Shown: positions 48,022-60,294, counted from the first letter of the stretch. The stretch is DNA of 64,000 nucleotides from Chloroflexota bacterium (GCA_027364875.1 DAHXON010000004.1:15089-79088); one strand, 5' to 3'. Numbers and translations are program-made. Notes: a model not told the origin generated them from the letters alone.

Positions 48022-49335
48022 TCATCGGATGAAGCCCTCATAGCTGCGCATCATCAGCTGCGCCTCGAGCTGCTTCATCGTCTCGACGACGACGCTGACC
48101 ACGATCAGGACGCTGGTGCCACCGATGGTGACGCCGACGCCCGCACTGGCCAGGTTCTTGAACATCGGCAGCGCGCCCATGAGGTACGGCAGGACGGCGA
48201 TGGCGGCCACGAATATGGCGCCAGCCACCGTGATCCGCAGGGCAACCCGCCGCAGATACTCCTCGGTAGGCTGTCCCGGACGGATGCCCGGTATGAAGCC
48301 GCCGGATTTGCGCAGGTTGTTGGCCGTCTCGTCGGGTTTGAAGACGATGAAGGTGTAGAAGAAGGCGAACGCGAACGTCAGCAGGAAGTAGAGGCTGATG
48401 TACAGCGGCCCGCTCGGGTTCAGCCAGGACACTATGCCGGTGGCAACGTCCCGGACGGAACTGACGTTGGACGTGGTGAAGTAGGTGGCGATCTGATACG
48501 GGAAGAGCAGGATGCTGATCGCGAAGATGATCGGGATGACGCCCGCCATGTTCACGCGGAGCGGCAGGAACGTGGATCCGCCCTGGTAGACGCGATGGCC
48601 GCGGACGCGGTTCGCGTACTGGATGGGGATCCGCCGCTGCCCTTCCTGGACGAAGATGATCACGAAGATGATCACCAAGCCGATGACGCCGAAGCCGAAC
48701 AGCTCGAGCCAGTCCGGGCTGGTCAGGAAGCCGCTTACGGCACCCGGAATGCGGGCGACGATGCCGGCGAAGATGATGAAGCTGATGCCGTTGCCGATCC
48801 CCTTCTCCGTGATCAGCTCGCCCAGCCACATCAGCAGGACCGAGCCGACCGTGAGCGCGAGGATCATCGTGAGGCTCTCGTACTTCTCGAAGCTGAAGCT
48901 CGTGGTGTAGGCCGGCGTGCCGCTCGGGGCGGTCGCCTGGAGGTACGAGAGGATGCCATAGGCCTGCAGCGCGGCCAGCGGGACCGACAGCCACCGGGAG
49001 TAGCTGGTGATCTTGTTGCGGCCGTACTCGCCTTCGCGGCTCAGGGCCTGCAGCGACGGAATCGTGGACTGCAGGATCTGCATGATGATCGTCGCGTTGA
49101 TGTAGGGGTTCAGGCCGAGTCCAACGATGGACATCTCCCTGATGTTTGCCCCGGAGAAGAGCGACAACAGGCTGAAGAAGCTGTTGTCGGACGCGCCGCT
49201 CTTGATGAGGTCCGTGTTGATCCCCGGGATCAGCACGTGCGAGAGAGCGCGGTAGATCACCAGGACGCCCAGGACGAACAGCAGTCGTCTCCGGATGTCC
49301 GGCGCCCGGAACGCGTTCAGCATCGACTCGATCAT
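48022..49335 (-). CDS. secY: Preprotein translocase subunit SecY
   Basis: 10-TM protein with GINPYINATIIMQ and the GGxxPGIRPG motif. Confidence 0.9.
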   Translation of the reverse strand: MIESMLNAFRAPDIRRRLLFVLGVLVIYRALSHVLIPGINTDLIKSGASDNSFFSLLSLFSGANIREMSIVGLGLNPYINATIIMQILQSTIPSLQALSREGEYGRNKITSYSRWLSVPLAALQAYGILSYLQATAPSGTPAYTTSFSFEKYESLTMILALTVGSVLLMWLGELITEKGIGNGISFIIFAGIVARIPGAVSGFLTSPDWLELFGFGVIGLVIIFVIIFVQEGQRRIPIQYANRVRGHRVYQGGSTFLPLRVNMAGVIPIIFAISILLFPYQIATYFTTSNVSSVRDVATGIVSWLNPSGPLYISLYFLLTFAFAFFYTFIVFKPDETANNLRKSGGFIPGIRPGQPTEEYLRRVALRITVAGAIFVAAIAVLPYLMGALPMFKNLASAGVGVTIGGTSVLIVVSVVVETMKQLEAQLMMRSYEGFIR

Positions 49336-49347
49336 CGCGGCGCCCTT

Positions 49348-50019
49348 CTAGGCTTCCGAGCTGGCCTGCTCGGCCTGGCTCTTCTTCTTGGTGGCCGCCT
49401 TGGGGGCGGGTTGGGCAGCCGGTTCGGCGGCCGATTCGGCCGGAGCCGGCTCCTCTGCCAGGACGAACCCGGAGGCGCCCGACTCGATGCCCGGGAACTC
49501 GAGAACCTGGGCGGTGCCGCCGGCTCCCTCGATCTTCTCCCTGGCGCTCTTGCTGAACGCGTCGGCGATGATGAAGAGAGGTCGGGTGACGTCGCCCTGG
49601 CCGAGAACCTTGAGCGGCTTGTCCAGCGTGCTGATGAGGCCGGCGGCCGCGAGGATGTCAGGGGTCACGGTGACCGGCATCGGCTTGGGCGACTTTGCCG
49701 CCTTGGCCGCGGCGATCTCCGGGCCGTCCATCTCGGGGGCGTCGAGGATGCCCGTCTCGGCGAGCGCGGAAATCCGGCCCACGTTCACGATCTCGTACTC
49801 GACGCGGAACATGTTCCGGAAGCCGCGGAGCTTGGGCAGGCGGACGTGGATCGGGGTCTGGCCGCCCTCGAACCACGGCTGGATCGTGCCGCCGGTCCTG
49901 GACTTCTGACCCTTCGTGCCGCGGCCGGCCGTCTTGCCCTTGCCGGCGGCGATGCCACGGCCGACGCGCGTGCGTGGCTTGTGACTGCCCGGCGCCGGGC
50001 TGAGGTCGTGCAATTTCAT
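49348..50019 (-). CDS. rplO: 50S ribosomal protein L15 with an ~70-aa Ala/Pro/Glu-rich C-terminal tail
   Basis: [34 protein letters not shown]. Confidence 0.9.
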   Translation of the reverse strand: MKLHDLSPAPGSHKPRTRVGRGIAAGKGKTAGRGTKGQKSRTGGTIQPWFEGGQTPIHVRLPKLRGFRNMFRVEYEIVNVGRISALAETGILDAPEMDGPEIAAAKAAKSPKPMPVTVTPDILAAAGLISTLDKPLKVLGQGDVTRPLFIIADAFSKSAREKIEGAGGTAQVLEFPGIESGASGFVLAEEPAPAESAAEPAAQPAPKAATKKKSQAEQASSEA

Positions 50020-50213
50020 TTCGTCTCCTCGGGGAGCTCCTCGACCTCAACGAGGAAGCGAACCTGACGGACCATTCCTCTCGTTGCGTCGTTGTCGGGG
50101 ATCACGACGGTATCCCCGATCCGATCCAGCCCGAGCGCCCGAATCGTCCCCCGATTGCGGGCGATGTGGCTGATCGTGCTCTTGGTCTGGGTTACGCGCA
50201 GCTTACCGGCCAC
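50016..50213 (-). CDS. rpmD: 50S ribosomal protein L30
   Basis: [25 protein letters not shown]. Confidence 0.9.
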   Translation of the reverse strand: MAGKLRVTQTKSTISHIARNRGTIRALGLDRIGDTVVIPDNDATRGMVRQVRFLVEVEELPEETK

Positions 50214-50739
50214 TGGCCACCTCCGCCGCCGCTCGCTGACCGGCCACCGACGATCGAACAGTCACGCCTCGACGGGCGCTGATCTCCTCGGCGGAGTGCA
50301 GGTTCTTGAGCGCCTCGAGAGTCGCCCGAGTCACGTTGACCGGGTTCGTGGAGCCGAAGACCTTGGCCAGGATGTCGCGGATGCCGGCCGCCTCGACGAC
50401 GGCACGCACCGCGCCGCCGGCGATGACGCCGGTTCCCTGAGAGGCCGGCTTGAGCATGATGCGCGAGGCACCGAAGTCCTGCCGGATCTCGTGAGGGATC
50501 GTCGTCCCGACCATGGGGATTCGAATGATGTGCTTCTTCGCGTCCTCGACGCCCTTTCGGATGGACTCGGGCACCTCGCCGGCCTTGCCCAGGCCGACAC
50601 CGACGTGACCCGCGCCGTCACCGACGACGACGATCGCGCTGAAGCTGAAGCGCCGGCCGCCCTTGACGACCTTCGCGACTCGGTTGATCTGTACGACGCG
50701 CTCTTCGAGCGTCAGCTTGTTCGGATCGATCCTGGCCAA
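50203..50739 (-). CDS. rpsE: 30S ribosomal protein S5
   Basis: [30 protein letters not shown]. Confidence 0.9.
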   Translation of the reverse strand: MARIDPNKLTLEERVVQINRVAKVVKGGRRFSFSAIVVVGDGAGHVGVGLGKAGEVPESIRKGVEDAKKHIIRIPMVGTTIPHEIRQDFGASRIMLKPASQGTGVIAGGAVRAVVEAAGIRDILAKVFGSTNPVNVTRATLEALKNLHSAEEISARRGVTVRSSVAGQRAAAEVASGR

Positions 50740-50757
50740 GTGAACTGCTCCTTCGCG

Positions 50758-51120
50758 TCAGAACTCGAGGCCGGCTTCGCGAGCGGCGTCGGCGAGCGAC
50801 TTGATCCGCCCGTGATACCGGAAGCCGGCCCGGTCGAAGACGACGCGCTCGACTCCGGCGCTCCTGGCCCGCTCGGCCACCAGTCGGCCGACGCTCTTCG
50901 CCTCGTCCGTCTTGGGGGCCTTGGCGGCTCGGAGCTCCTTCTCGAGGCTCGAGGCAGCGGCCAGCGTCTTGCCGGTCGTGTCGTCGATGACCTGGGCGTA
51001 GATGTGATTGAGACTGCGGAAAACCGCGAGGCGCGGGCGCTCGACCGAGCCCTCGACCCGCAGCCGGATCCGCTCGTGCCGCTTCTGTCGCGCGGCCCCA
51101 CTGCTGGAGACTCGCGTCAT
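50758..51120 (-). CDS. rplR: 50S ribosomal protein L18
   Basis: [20 protein letters not shown]. Confidence 0.9.
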   Translation of the reverse strand: MTRVSSSGAARQKRHERIRLRVEGSVERPRLAVFRSLNHIYAQVIDDTTGKTLAAASSLEKELRAAKAPKTDEAKSVGRLVAERARSAGVERVVFDRAGFRYHGRIKSLADAAREAGLEF

Positions 51121-51157
51121 CGCGCTCCCTCCGCGTCATTCATGGCTGATTGCTGGC

Positions 51158-51709
51158 TCACTTCTTGCCGCCGATCTTGCCGGCCTTGCCGGCCTTGCGG
51201 CGGACCACTTCGCCGGCGTACTTAACGCCCTTGCCCTTGTACGGCTCGGGCTTGCGAGTGGCTCGGACCTGGGCCGCGATCTGGCCGACGAGCTCCTTGT
51301 CGATGCCCACGACCGCGAGGCGGACGGGGTTCTCGAGCTCGAAGGAGATGCCGGCCGGAGGCGCGATCTCGATCGGATGGCTGTAGCCCAGGTTGAGCTG
51401 GAGCTTGTCGCCAACCTTGGCGGCTCGATAGCCGACGCCGGTGATCTCGAGCGGCTTGCGATAGCCCGTCGTGACGCCGGTCACCATGTTGGCGACGAGC
51501 GTCCGGGTCAGGCCGTGGAGCTGCTTGTGGTGCTTTGCCTCCGAAGGCCGCGAGACGGTCAGGACGGCGCCGTCCCGGGTCACGGTCATGTCGGGGTGGA
51601 GCGCCCGCGAGAGCTCGCCCTTGGGTCCCTTGACGGTGATGTTCCGGCCGTCGATGGCGACGTCCACGTTCGCCGGAACGGTGATGGGCAGACGCCCGAT
51701 TCGTGACAT
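51158..51709 (-). CDS. rplF: 50S ribosomal protein L6
   Basis: [17 protein letters not shown]. Start at the internal ATG 51709. Confidence 0.9.
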   Translation of the reverse strand: MSRIGRLPITVPANVDVAIDGRNITVKGPKGELSRALHPDMTVTRDGAVLTVSRPSEAKHHKQLHGLTRTLVANMVTGVTTGYRKPLEITGVGYRAAKVGDKLQLNLGYSHPIEIAPPAGISFELENPVRLAVVGIDKELVGQIAAQVRATRKPEPYKGKGVKYAGEVVRRKAGKAGKIGGKK

Positions 51710-51716
51710 CGGCGGC

Positions 51717-52115
51717 CTACCAGACGTACGCCAGGACTTCACCGCCGAGCTGGGCCTTGTGGGCCTTCGCGCCGGTCATGATGCCCTGACTGGTGCTGAC
51801 AATGACGATGCCGAGTCCGCCCAGCACCCTGGGGATCTCGGTTTTGCGCGCATACACGCGCAGGCCTGGCTTGCTGATGCGCTTGAGTCCGGACACGACC
51901 GGGGCCTTGCCGTCCACGTACTTGAGCGTGACGCGCAAGACCTGGCGAGCACCCTCGTGGTCCTCTTGGACGTCGGCGATAAAGCCCTCTTCCAGGAGGA
52001 TTCGGGCGATCTCCCGCTTGGTCCGCGAGGCCGGGACGACGACTTCGGCGTGCCGGGCCCGCGACGCATTGCGGATGCGAGTCAGCATGTCCGCAATTGG
52101 ATCGGAGACGTTCAT
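51717..52115 (-). CDS. rpsH: 30S ribosomal protein S8
   Basis: [17 protein letters not shown]. Start at the internal ATG 52115. Confidence 0.9.
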   Translation of the reverse strand: MNVSDPIADMLTRIRNASRARHAEVVVPASRTKREIARILLEEGFIADVQEDHEGARQVLRVTLKYVDGKAPVVSGLKRISKPGLRVYARKTEIPRVLGGLGIVIVSTSQGIMTGAKAHKAQLGGEVLAYVW

Positions 52116-52122
52116 TGCTTTC

Positions 52123-52308
52123 CTACCAGCTCGACTTGGTGACGCCGGGCAGCTCACCGAGCAGCGCCCGCTCGCGGAAGCAGATGCGGCACAAACCAAA
52201 GCGCCGCATGAATGCGCGCGGGCGACCGCAGACGAAGCAGCGGTGGTAGGCCTGGACCTTGTGCCGGGCCGGGCGCTTCGCCTTTGCGATCATCGACTTC
52301 TTAGCCAT
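52123..52308 (-). CDS. rpsZ: 30S ribosomal protein S14 type Z (zinc form)
   Basis: 61 aa with [10 protein letters not shown]...CRICFRE. Confidence 0.9.
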   Translation of the reverse strand: MAKKSMIAKAKRPARHKVQAYHRCFVCGRPRAFMRRFGLCRICFRERALLGELPGVTKSSW

Positions 52309-52324
52309 CGCTCTCCCTCCCCGC

Positions 52325-52867
52325 CTAGCCGGCGAAAGGCATGCCGAGGAGTTCGAGCAGACGCTTCGATTCCTCGTCGGTCTTCGCCGTCGTCACGATG
52401 CTGATCTCCAGCCCGCGGAGACGGTCCACCTTGTCGTAGTCGATCTCCGGGAAAGCGAGCTGCTCCCGCAGTCCCAGCGAGTAGTTGCCGCGGCCGTCGA
52501 ACGACTTCGACGGAACGCCGTGGAAGTCGCGGATTCGAGGCAGCGCCAGCCGGGTCAGCCGCTCGAGGAAATCCCACATCCGCTCGCCCCGAAGGGTGAC
52601 GCGGGCGCCGATCGTGTTGCCGGTGCGAAGCCGGAACTGGGCGATCGAGCGCTTGGCCTTGGTCGTCACCGGGTGCTGGCCGGTGATGGCCGCCAGGTCG
52701 CCGACGGCCGCGTCGACTGCCTTGGGATTCTGGAGCGCCTCTCCGAGACCGATGTTGACCACGATCTTGGAGACGCGTGGGATCTGCATCGGATTGGCGT
52801 AGCCGAACTGCTTCTGCAGCGCCGGGATGGCTTCTTCCTTGTACTTCTGTTGGAGGCTTCCGCTCAT
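52325..52867 (-). CDS. rplE: 50S ribosomal protein L5
   Basis: [23 protein letters not shown]. Start at the internal ATG 52867, which overlaps the rplX stop. Confidence 0.9.
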   Translation of the reverse strand: MSGSLQQKYKEEAIPALQKQFGYANPMQIPRVSKIVVNIGLGEALQNPKAVDAAVGDLAAITGQHPVTTKAKRSIAQFRLRTGNTIGARVTLRGERMWDFLERLTRLALPRIRDFHGVPSKSFDGRGNYSLGLREQLAFPEIDYDKVDRLRGLEISIVTTAKTDEESKRLLELLGMPFAG

Positions 52868-53298
52868 GCCCCCGCCTCCAGCTGTTCGCGGCAGTGGCCG
52901 CACACTCGAACGCTCTTGCCGCTGGCAAGGCGCTCGTGCTTGACACGAGTGATCCGGTCGCAGCGCGGGCAGACGATCATCACGTTGCTCGCGTCGATCG
53001 GCATCGGCTTGTCGACGATGCCGCCGGCCTGCATGGGCTGCTGCTGGTTCTGGCTCATCCGCTGGCGCGGCTTGGTGTGGCGCTTGGCGATGTTCACGCC
53101 GGAAATCACCACGGACAGCGGCCGGACCGACGTCTTGCGCCAGAAGCCGCTCTTCTGCTTCTCGAGCCCGACGGGATTGCGGATGACGCGGTCAACTCGG
53201 CCGCGCTTGCCGGCATCCTTGCCGTGAAGCACGACGACCGTATCGCCGCTCCGGATCTCCGGAACCTTGTTCGGTGAGGTCATCTTGGGCTGCGCCAT
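52864..53298 (-). CDS. rplX: 50S ribosomal protein L24 with a Cys4 zinc-ribbon substituted C-terminus
   Basis: KOW motif [18 protein letters not shown]. The C-terminus is [34 protein letters not shown] (CxxC-x17-CxxC). 144 aa against ~105 typical. Confidence 0.85.
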   Translation of the reverse strand: MAQPKMTSPNKVPEIRSGDTVVVLHGKDAGKRGRVDRVIRNPVGLEKQKSGFWRKTSVRPLSVVISGVNIAKRHTKPRQRMSQNQQQPMQAGGIVDKPMPIDASNVMIVCPRCDRITRVKHERLASGKSVRVCGHCREQLEAGA

Positions 53299-53666
53299 CA
53301 GAGCACCTCCGGCGCAAGGGACACGATCTTCATGTAGTTGCGATCCCGCAGCTCCCGGGCAACGGGGCCAAAGATGCGAGTGCCCCGGGGGTTGCCCTGG
53401 TTGTTGATGAGCACGGCCGCGTTCTCGTCGAAACGGATGTAGCTGCCGTCGGGCCGGCCGTACTCCTTGGCCGTTCTAACGACGACGGCGCGGACGACGT
53501 CGCCCTTCTTGACGGGGGCGTTCGGGATGGCCTGCTTGACGCTGGCGATGATCACGTCACCGACGCCGGCGGTGGTCTTCTGAGAGCGGCCCATGATCCG
53601 GATGCACTGGATCGTTCGAGCGCCCGTGTTGTCGGCGACTCGAAGACGCGTGTACTGCTGGATCAT
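53298..53666 (-). CDS. rplN: 50S ribosomal protein L14
   Basis: [16 protein letters not shown]. Confidence 0.9.
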   Translation of the reverse strand: MIQQYTRLRVADNTGARTIQCIRIMGRSQKTTAGVGDVIIASVKQAIPNAPVKKGDVVRAVVVRTAKEYGRPDGSYIRFDENAAVLINNQGNPRGTRIFGPVARELRDRNYMKIVSLAPEVL

Positions 53667-54034
53667 TCAGCGGCCTCCCCGTGAGCTGCGTGACGGCCCG
53701 GGTGGGCGGCGTGATGGATGGCCTCGGCGGTCTCGGCCTCTTCGGGCAGCGGCTCTGCGGTGGCGCCCTCGCCCGCCCGGGCTACGACGCTCACCAGCCG
53801 CCACCGCTTGGTGGCGGACAGAGGCCGCGACTCCTCGATGAGGACGGTGTCGCCGACGTGGGCCTCGTTGGCCTCGTCGTGGGCCTTGAACTTGCTGGTC
53901 AAGCGGATGACCCGCTTGTACAGCGGATGGCGCGTCAGACGTTCGACGGAGACCACGATGGTCTTGTCCATCTTGTCGCTGACCACGCGGCCGACCTTGG
54001 TCTTCCGCTTGCCCTGCACTTCTGCTCCTGCCAT
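53663..54034 (-). CDS. rpsQ: 30S ribosomal protein S17 with an ~35-aa acidic/His-rich C-terminal tail
   Basis: [27 protein letters not shown]. Confidence 0.9.
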   Translation of the reverse strand: MAGAEVQGKRKTKVGRVVSDKMDKTIVVSVERLTRHPLYKRVIRLTSKFKAHDEANEAHVGDTVLIEESRPLSATKRWRLVSVVARAGEGATAEPLPEEAETAEAIHHAAHPGRHAAHGEAAE

Positions 54035-54045
54035 CGCGTGATCTC

Positions 54046-54270
54046 CTACCGGCTGACGGGCTCAGCGCCCGCTCGTGAGCGCTCGTCGCGGCGCTCGCGC
54101 TGCACGGTGAGGATCCGCGCGATCGTTCGTCTGGTCTGGGGGATCGAGCTGTAGTCCTTGAGCTGACGGGTGGTGAGCTGGAAACGCGCCTGCCAGAGAT
54201 CCTGCTTGGCCTGGCGAAGCTGATCCTCGAGCTCTCCGTCGGTCAGGGCCCGAACCTTATCGATTTCCAT
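54046..54270 (-). CDS. rpmC: 50S ribosomal protein L29
   Basis: [27 protein letters not shown]. Confidence 0.9.
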   Translation of the reverse strand: MEIDKVRALTDGELEDQLRQAKQDLWQARFQLTTRQLKDYSSIPQTRRTIARILTVQRERRDERSRAGAEPVSR

Positions 54271-54685
54271 CTGCCAGGCCTTCCTTGAGGATGACTCGGG
54301 TGGCGACCGGAAGCTTGTGGCTGGCGAGGCGCATTGCCTCGACCGCCTCGGCCTGGTCGATACCGGCCATCTCGAAGAGGATCCTTCCCGGCTTGACCAC
54401 GGCGACCCAGTGATCCGGGGCGCCCTTGCCGGAGCCCATTCGGGTTTCGGCCGGCTTCTTGGTCGCGGGCTTGTCGGGGAAGATGCGGATCCAGATCTTG
54501 CCGCCGCGCTTGACCGAGCGGGTCATGGCGCGTCGAGCGGCCTCGATCTGCCGGCTCGTGATCCAGGCTGGCTCCAGCGTGGCCAGACCGAAGTCGCCGA
54601 ACGCGACCGTGGTTCCGCCCTTGGCCGGTCCGGACATCCGGCCGCGCTGGACCTTGCGATGCTTGACGCGTCGGGGCATCAACAT
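54257..54685 (-). CDS. rplP: 50S ribosomal protein L16
   Basis: [17 protein letters not shown]. Confidence 0.9.
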   Translation of the reverse strand: MLMPRRVKHRKVQRGRMSGPAKGGTTVAFGDFGLATLEPAWITSRQIEAARRAMTRSVKRGGKIWIRIFPDKPATKKPAETRMGSGKGAPDHWVAVVKPGRILFEMAGIDQAEAVEAMRLASHKLPVATRVILKEGLADGNR

Positions 54686-54687
54686 GG

Positions 54688-55371
54688 CTAGACTCCCTGC
54701 CCGACCGCGGCCACCGGAGCGGCGACCGGCTCGCGACGAGGCTTCTCGCCCTGAACTTCACCCCGGTAGACCCACACCTTGACGCCGATCCGGCCGTAGG
54801 TGGTGAGGGCGTGAACCTGGGCGTAGCTGATGTCCGCGCGGAGCGTCCCGAGTGGGATTCGGCCTTCCTTGTCCCATTCACGGCGAGCCATTTCCGAGCC
54901 GCCGAGGCGACCCGCGACGGCGATCTTCACGCCCTTCGCCCCGGCCTTCATCGTCCGCTGCACAGCCTGCTTCATCGCCTTCTTGAAAGCGATGCGGCGG
55001 GCCAGCTGCTGGCTGATGTTGGCCGCGACGAGGTACGCGTCGAGCTCCGGCTGGCGGATCTCCTTGACCTCGAGCTTGACCTTGCGCTTGGTCAGGTTGC
55101 CGATCTGCTGGCGCATCGTCTCGACGTTCGCGCCGCCCTTGCCGATCACGATGCCCGGCTTGGCGGTGTGGATCGTGACCGTGACGTGGTTGATGCCACG
55201 CTCGATCTCCACGCCACTGACGCTGGCGTTGGCAAGGCGAGTCGCCACCAGCTGGCGGATCCCGATGTCCTCCTTGAGGAGATCGGTGTAGTCCTTGTCC
55301 GCGTACCACTTCGCCGTCCAGGTGCGAGAGACACCCAGCCGGAAGCCGTACGGGTGAACCTTGTGACCCAT
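54688..55371 (-). CDS. rpsC: 30S ribosomal protein S3
   Basis: [16 protein letters not shown] domain. Confidence 0.9.
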   Translation of the reverse strand: MGHKVHPYGFRLGVSRTWTAKWYADKDYTDLLKEDIGIRQLVATRLANASVSGVEIERGINHVTVTIHTAKPGIVIGKGGANVETMRQQIGNLTKRKVKLEVKEIRQPELDAYLVAANISQQLARRIAFKKAMKQAVQRTMKAGAKGVKIAVAGRLGGSEMARREWDKEGRIPLGTLRADISYAQVHALTTYGRIGVKVWVYRGEVQGEKPRREPVAAPVAAVGQGV

Positions 55372-55713
55372 CTAGGCCTCCCGGTCTTCGACGACGATGG
55401 TGATGTGGGTCATGGGCTTGTGGATCGGGAACGCCCGGCCCTGGGCCCGAGGCCGCCAGCGCTTGACCACGCCCGGCCCCATGTTTGCCTGAGCGTCAGC
55501 CACGACCAGATCCTCGGTGGACAGGTTGTGGTTGTTCTCAGCGTTGGACGTCGCGCTTTTGAGGACGCGGGCGACATCCCGCGCCGCCGCCTGCGGCATG
55601 AACCGCAGGAGAGCGGTGGCCTCCTCGACACGCTTGCCCTTGATCGCGTTGGTAACGAGCCGGGCTTTTCGCGAGGAGCCCATCAGGTACTTGGCTGTGG
55701 CGGAAACGCGCAC
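55372..55713 (-). CDS. rplV: 50S ribosomal protein L22
   Basis: ATAKYLMGSSRKARLV. Confidence 0.9.
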   Translation of the reverse strand: MRVSATAKYLMGSSRKARLVTNAIKGKRVEEATALLRFMPQAAARDVARVLKSATSNAENNHNLSTEDLVVADAQANMGPGVVKRWRPRAQGRAFPIHKPMTHITIVVEDREA

Positions 55714-55724
55714 TTCCTAGGCTC

Positions 55725-56009
55725 CTACTTGAGTGCGGTCGAGCGCTCGGTGTGTTTCCCGTGCCCGCGATAGGTGCGGGTCGGGGAGAACTCGCCGAGG
55801 CGATGGCCGACCATGTTCTCGGTCACGTAGACCGGGATGTGCTTCTTGCCGTTGTAGACGGCAACGGTGTGCCCGATGAAATCGGGGAATATGACCGACG
55901 CTCGAGACCAGGTCTTGACGACCTTCTTCTCGTTGCGCTTGTTCATCGTCTGGACGCGGCCGAGGAGCCGCGACTCGACGAACGGTCCCTTCTTGACCGA
56001 ACGCGACAT
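55725..56009 (-). CDS. rpsS: 30S ribosomal protein S19
   Basis: [11 protein letters not shown]...[17 protein letters not shown]. Confidence 0.9.
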   Translation of the reverse strand: MSRSVKKGPFVESRLLGRVQTMNKRNEKKVVKTWSRASVIFPDFIGHTVAVYNGKKHIPVYVTENMVGHRLGEFSPTRTYRGHGKHTERSTALK

Positions 56010-56027
56010 GCCTCTCTCTCCTCTGCC

Positions 56028-56861
56028 TTATGCCTTGCGATGCCGTGAGCGGACGATGAGTCTGCTCGACGACTTCTTGCCAAGGCGTGTCCGATAGCCC
56101 ATCGCCGGCTTGCCCCAGGGAGTCTTGGGTGGCATACCGGTCGGCGACTTGCCCTCGCCACCACCGTGTGGATGGTCACGGGGGTTCATCACGACGCCGC
56201 GGACTTCGGGCCGCTGGCCCATGTGCCGCGCGCGTCCGGCCTTGCCAAGGCTCTGGTTCTCGTGATCGAGGTTGCTGACCTGGCCGATGGTGGCCATGCA
56301 CAGCAGCGGCACCCGCCGAACCTCACCCGAGGGGAGTCGCACGGAGGCGAAGTCGCCCTCTTTGGCGAGGAGCTGGGCCGACGCGCCGGCGGACCGGACG
56401 ATCTGGCCGCCCTTGCCCGGCACGAGCTCGATGTTGTGGATCGTGGTGCCGAGCGGGATGTTGGCGAGCGGCAGGGCGTTGCCCGTCCGAGCCTCGGCCT
56501 CCAACCCGGAGGTCACGACGTCGCCGACCTTCAGGCCGTTCGGGAGAAGCATGTATCGCTTCTCGCCGTCGGCGTAGAAGAGCAGGCCGATGCGGGCCGT
56601 CCGGTTGGGGTCGTATTCGATCGTCGCCAGCTTCGCCGGCACGCCGAACTTGTCCCGCTTGAAGTCGATGATGCGGTAGTGCTGCTTCTCTCCGCCGCCT
56701 CGATGGCGGACCGAGATCCGGCCCTGGTTGTTCCGGCCGGAGCCACGCTTCTGCGACTCGAGGAGCGGCTTGTAGGGTTCCTTGGTTGTGATCTCCTCGA
56801 ACGTGGACCGGGTCATGAACCGGCGGCCCGCCGAGGTGGCTTTATAGCTGCGCAGCGGCAT
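56028..56861 (-). CDS. rplB: 50S ribosomal protein L2
   Basis: [16 protein letters not shown] and [16 protein letters not shown]. Confidence 0.9.
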   Translation of the reverse strand: MPLRSYKATSAGRRFMTRSTFEEITTKEPYKPLLESQKRGSGRNNQGRISVRHRGGGEKQHYRIIDFKRDKFGVPAKLATIEYDPNRTARIGLLFYADGEKRYMLLPNGLKVGDVVTSGLEAEARTGNALPLANIPLGTTIHNIELVPGKGGQIVRSAGASAQLLAKEGDFASVRLPSGEVRRVPLLCMATIGQVSNLDHENQSLGKAGRARHMGQRPEVRGVVMNPRDHPHGGGEGKSPTGMPPKTPWGKPAMGYRTRLGKKSSSRLIVRSRHRKA

Positions 56862-56862
56862 C

Positions 56863-57174
56863 TCAGACAGCCTCGAAGAATTCGATCTTCTGGCCGGGGG
56901 CCAGCGTCACGATTGCCTTGCGCCAGGGAGTCGTGTGGCCGGCAACGCGGCTTCGGCGCATCCCGCCGCGCTTCTCCTTCGACTTCGTCGTCAGGATGTT
57001 CACGCTGACGACTCGGACGCCTTCCTTCTTCCAGAGCTCTTCGACGGCGGCCTTGATCTGGATCTTGGTCGCGTTGTTGTGCACGGCGAAGGTGTACTTG
57101 CCGCGCTGCGACTCATCCATCGACTTCTCGCTGATGACCGGTCGGATGATGATCTCGCCAGCTGTCAGGCTCAC
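56863..57174 (-). CDS. rplW: 50S ribosomal protein L23
   Basis: [10 protein letters not shown]...[16 protein letters not shown] start overlaps the rplD stop (GTGA). The longer ORF reaching 57468 is an artefact. Confidence 0.85.
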   Translation of the reverse strand: MSLTAGEIIIRPVISEKSMDESQRGKYTFAVHNNATKIQIKAAVEELWKKEGVRVVSVNILTTKSKEKRGGMRRSRVAGHTTPWRKAIVTLAPGQKIEFFEAV

Positions 57175-57797
57175 GCGTACACCTCCTCCATCCGGCTCAG
57201 GGCGGGCTGCTCGATCAGGACCGTGTCCGCGTTGAGCAGCGACACGACGTTGAGCGAGTCGGCGCGGATGACCTCGACCTTCGGCAGATTGCGGGCCGAG
57301 AGGATCAGGGTGGCGTCCGTGTCGGGGGCCACGATCAGGATCCGGCCTTCGGTCCGGCCGAGGGCGTCGATGATGCCCACCAGCTCGCGCGTCTTGGGCT
57401 CTTCGATGCCGAACCCGTCGACCACGCGGATGGCGCCGTCGTCGAGCTTGGCGGTGAGGGCCCCGCACAGTGCCAGGCGCTTCATCTGCCGGGGCAGCCG
57501 CTGCGCATAGGAGCGCGGGTGCGGTCCGAAGACCACGCCGCCGCCGGCGAAATGAGGAGCTCGCCGAGAGCCCTGGCGAGCGCGCCCGGTGCCCTTCTGG
57601 CGGTACGGCTTCTTGCCGCCACCGGCGACCTCGCCGCGCTTCTTGGTGTCGTGGGTACCGAGATGGCGGCCGGCGAGCTGCGCGGTCACAACCTGGTGGA
57701 GGACGGCGGTGTTGATCGGCGCCGAGAAGAGCTCTTCGGAGAGCTCGACCTCGCCGATCTCCTCGCCGGTCCTCGAGTAGAGGGTCGTCTTCGGCAT
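57171..57797 (-). CDS. rplD: 50S ribosomal protein L4
   Basis: LHQVVTAQLAGRHLGTHDTKKRGEVAGGGKKPYRQKGTGRAR. Confidence 0.9.
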   Translation of the reverse strand: MPKTTLYSRTGEEIGEVELSEELFSAPINTAVLHQVVTAQLAGRHLGTHDTKKRGEVAGGGKKPYRQKGTGRARQGSRRAPHFAGGGVVFGPHPRSYAQRLPRQMKRLALCGALTAKLDDGAIRVVDGFGIEEPKTRELVGIIDALGRTEGRILIVAPDTDATLILSARNLPKVEVIRADSLNVVSLLNADTVLIEQPALSRMEEVYA

Positions 57798-57799
57798 CG

Positions 57800-58411
57800 C
57801 TAGGCCTTCTTCACGAGAAGCAGCCCATTGAGGGAGCCGGGTACCGACCCCTTCACGAGCAGGAGGTTGCGCTCGGCGTCCGCTCGGACGACCCGCAGCT
57901 TCTTGACGGTTGCCCGCGCGTCGCCCAGATGGCCGGCCATGCGCATGCCCTTGTAGACGCGGCCAGGAGTGGTACCAGGGCCGATCGAGCCGGGAGCGCG
58001 ATGGTGGTCGGAACCGTGGGTCTTGGGTCCGCGCTTGAAGTGGTGGCGCTTGATGTGGCCGGAGAAGCCCTTGCCCTTGCTCACGCCCGTGACGTCGATC
58101 TCGTCGCCAGCCTCGAAGAGGGTGACGTCGAGCTTCTGGCCGACGGTGTACGCGGTCTGGTCGCCCTCGAGGCGGAACTCGCGCAGGACGGCAAGCTTGG
58201 GCAGGTTCTTGAGCTGCCCGATCTCAGGCTTGGTGAGCTTCCCGCTCTCCTCGATGCCGAGCTGGACGGCCGTGTAGCCGTCGCGCTCGGGGGTGCGGAC
58301 GCGGGTGACGGTATTCGGCTCGACGGCGACGACGCTCACGGGGATCATCGTTCCGTCGGCCTGGAAGATCTGCGTCATGCCGACCTTGCGGCCGATCAGT
58401 CCAATACTCAT
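57800..58411 (-). CDS. rplC: 50S ribosomal protein L3
   Basis: MSIGLIGRKVGMTQIF. Confidence 0.9.
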   Translation of the reverse strand: MSIGLIGRKVGMTQIFQADGTMIPVSVVAVEPNTVTRVRTPERDGYTAVQLGIEESGKLTKPEIGQLKNLPKLAVLREFRLEGDQTAYTVGQKLDVTLFEAGDEIDVTGVSKGKGFSGHIKRHHFKRGPKTHGSDHHRAPGSIGPGTTPGRVYKGMRMAGHLGDARATVKKLRVVRADAERNLLLVKGSVPGSLNGLLLVKKA

Positions 58412-58415
58412 CGGG

Positions 58416-58727
58416 CTACATCTTTATTTCGATGTCGACGCCAGCGGCCAGCGAGAGCCGCATCAGGGCGTCGACGGTCTTGGACGAGGGCTCCAGGATG
58501 TCCACGAGCCGCTTGTGAGTGCGGATCTCGAACTGCTCCCGGCTGTCCTTGTCGATGAACGGGGACCGCAGTACGGTGAACTTCTCGATGCGCGTCGGCA
58601 GCGGAACGGGGCCGACGACATCCGCGCCGGTCCGCTGGGCCGTCTCCACGATCTGCGCCGCCGACTGATCGAGCAGCCGGTGGTCGTAAGCCTTGAGGCG
58701 GATCCTGATCCGCTGCCTTGCCATCAC
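58416..58727 (-). CDS. rpsJ: 30S ribosomal protein S10
   Basis: [18 protein letters not shown]. Confidence 0.9.
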   Translation of the reverse strand: MMARQRIRIRLKAYDHRLLDQSAAQIVETAQRTGADVVGPVPLPTRIEKFTVLRSPFIDKDSREQFEIRTHKRLVDILEPSSKTVDALMRLSLAAGVDIEIKM

Positions 58728-58736
58728 GTACTCCGC

Positions 58737-59933
<1,197 letters not shown>

Positions 59934-59979
59934 GTGCGCGTTGACTCCATCTGGCGCGGCCCCTGCCGCTGCTGGGGGG

Positions 59980-60055
59980 TGGAGCCCACAATCGGACTTG
60001 AACCGATGACCTCGTCCTTACCAAGGACGCGCTCTGCCAACTGAGCTATGTGGGC
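59980..60055 (-). tRNA. tRNA-Thr (anticodon GGT)
   Basis: Reverse complement GCCCACATAGCTCAGTTGGCAGAGCGCGTCCTTGGTAAGGACGAGGTCATCGGTTCAAGTCCGATTGTGGGCTCCA folds as a cloverleaf with a TTGGTAA anticodon loop. CCA is encoded. Confidence 0.85.
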
Positions 60056-60082
60056 CCGGGAACCGTATGTTCGTGTTCGCAA

Positions 60083-60167
60083 TGGTGGGCAGGAGAGGAA
60101 TCGAACCTCTACAGCCGAAGGCGGCTGATTTACAGTCAGCTGAGCTCACCACCTGCTCAACCTACCC
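60083..60167 (-). tRNA. tRNA-Tyr (anticodon GTA), type II with a long variable arm
   Basis: Reverse complement GGGTAGGTTGAGCAGGTGGTGAGCTCAGCTGACTGTAAATCAGC...GGTTCGATTCCTCTCCTGCCCACCA. Acceptor GGGTAGG/CCTGCCC with one G.U pair. Confidence 0.8.
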
Positions 60168-60218
60168 ACGAGAACCGCCAGCTGCCGGCGGGGGCCCGCC
60201 ATGGCTGACTTCTTCAAT

Positions 60219-60294
60219 TGGAGCCGACGACGGGACTCGAACCCGGAACCGGCGGTTTACAAAACCGCTGCTCTACCAATTGAGCTACGTCGGC
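60219..60294 (-). tRNA. tRNA-Thr (anticodon TGT)
   Basis: Reverse complement GCCGACGTAGCTCAATTGGTAGAGCAGCGGTTTTGTAAACCGCCGGTTCCGGGTTCGAGTCCCGTCGTCGGCTCCA. Confidence 0.85.

Noticed and set aside
47893-50067. 724-aa plus-strand ORF antisense to secY/rplO
   Set aside because: Antisense to highly conserved genes. No domains.
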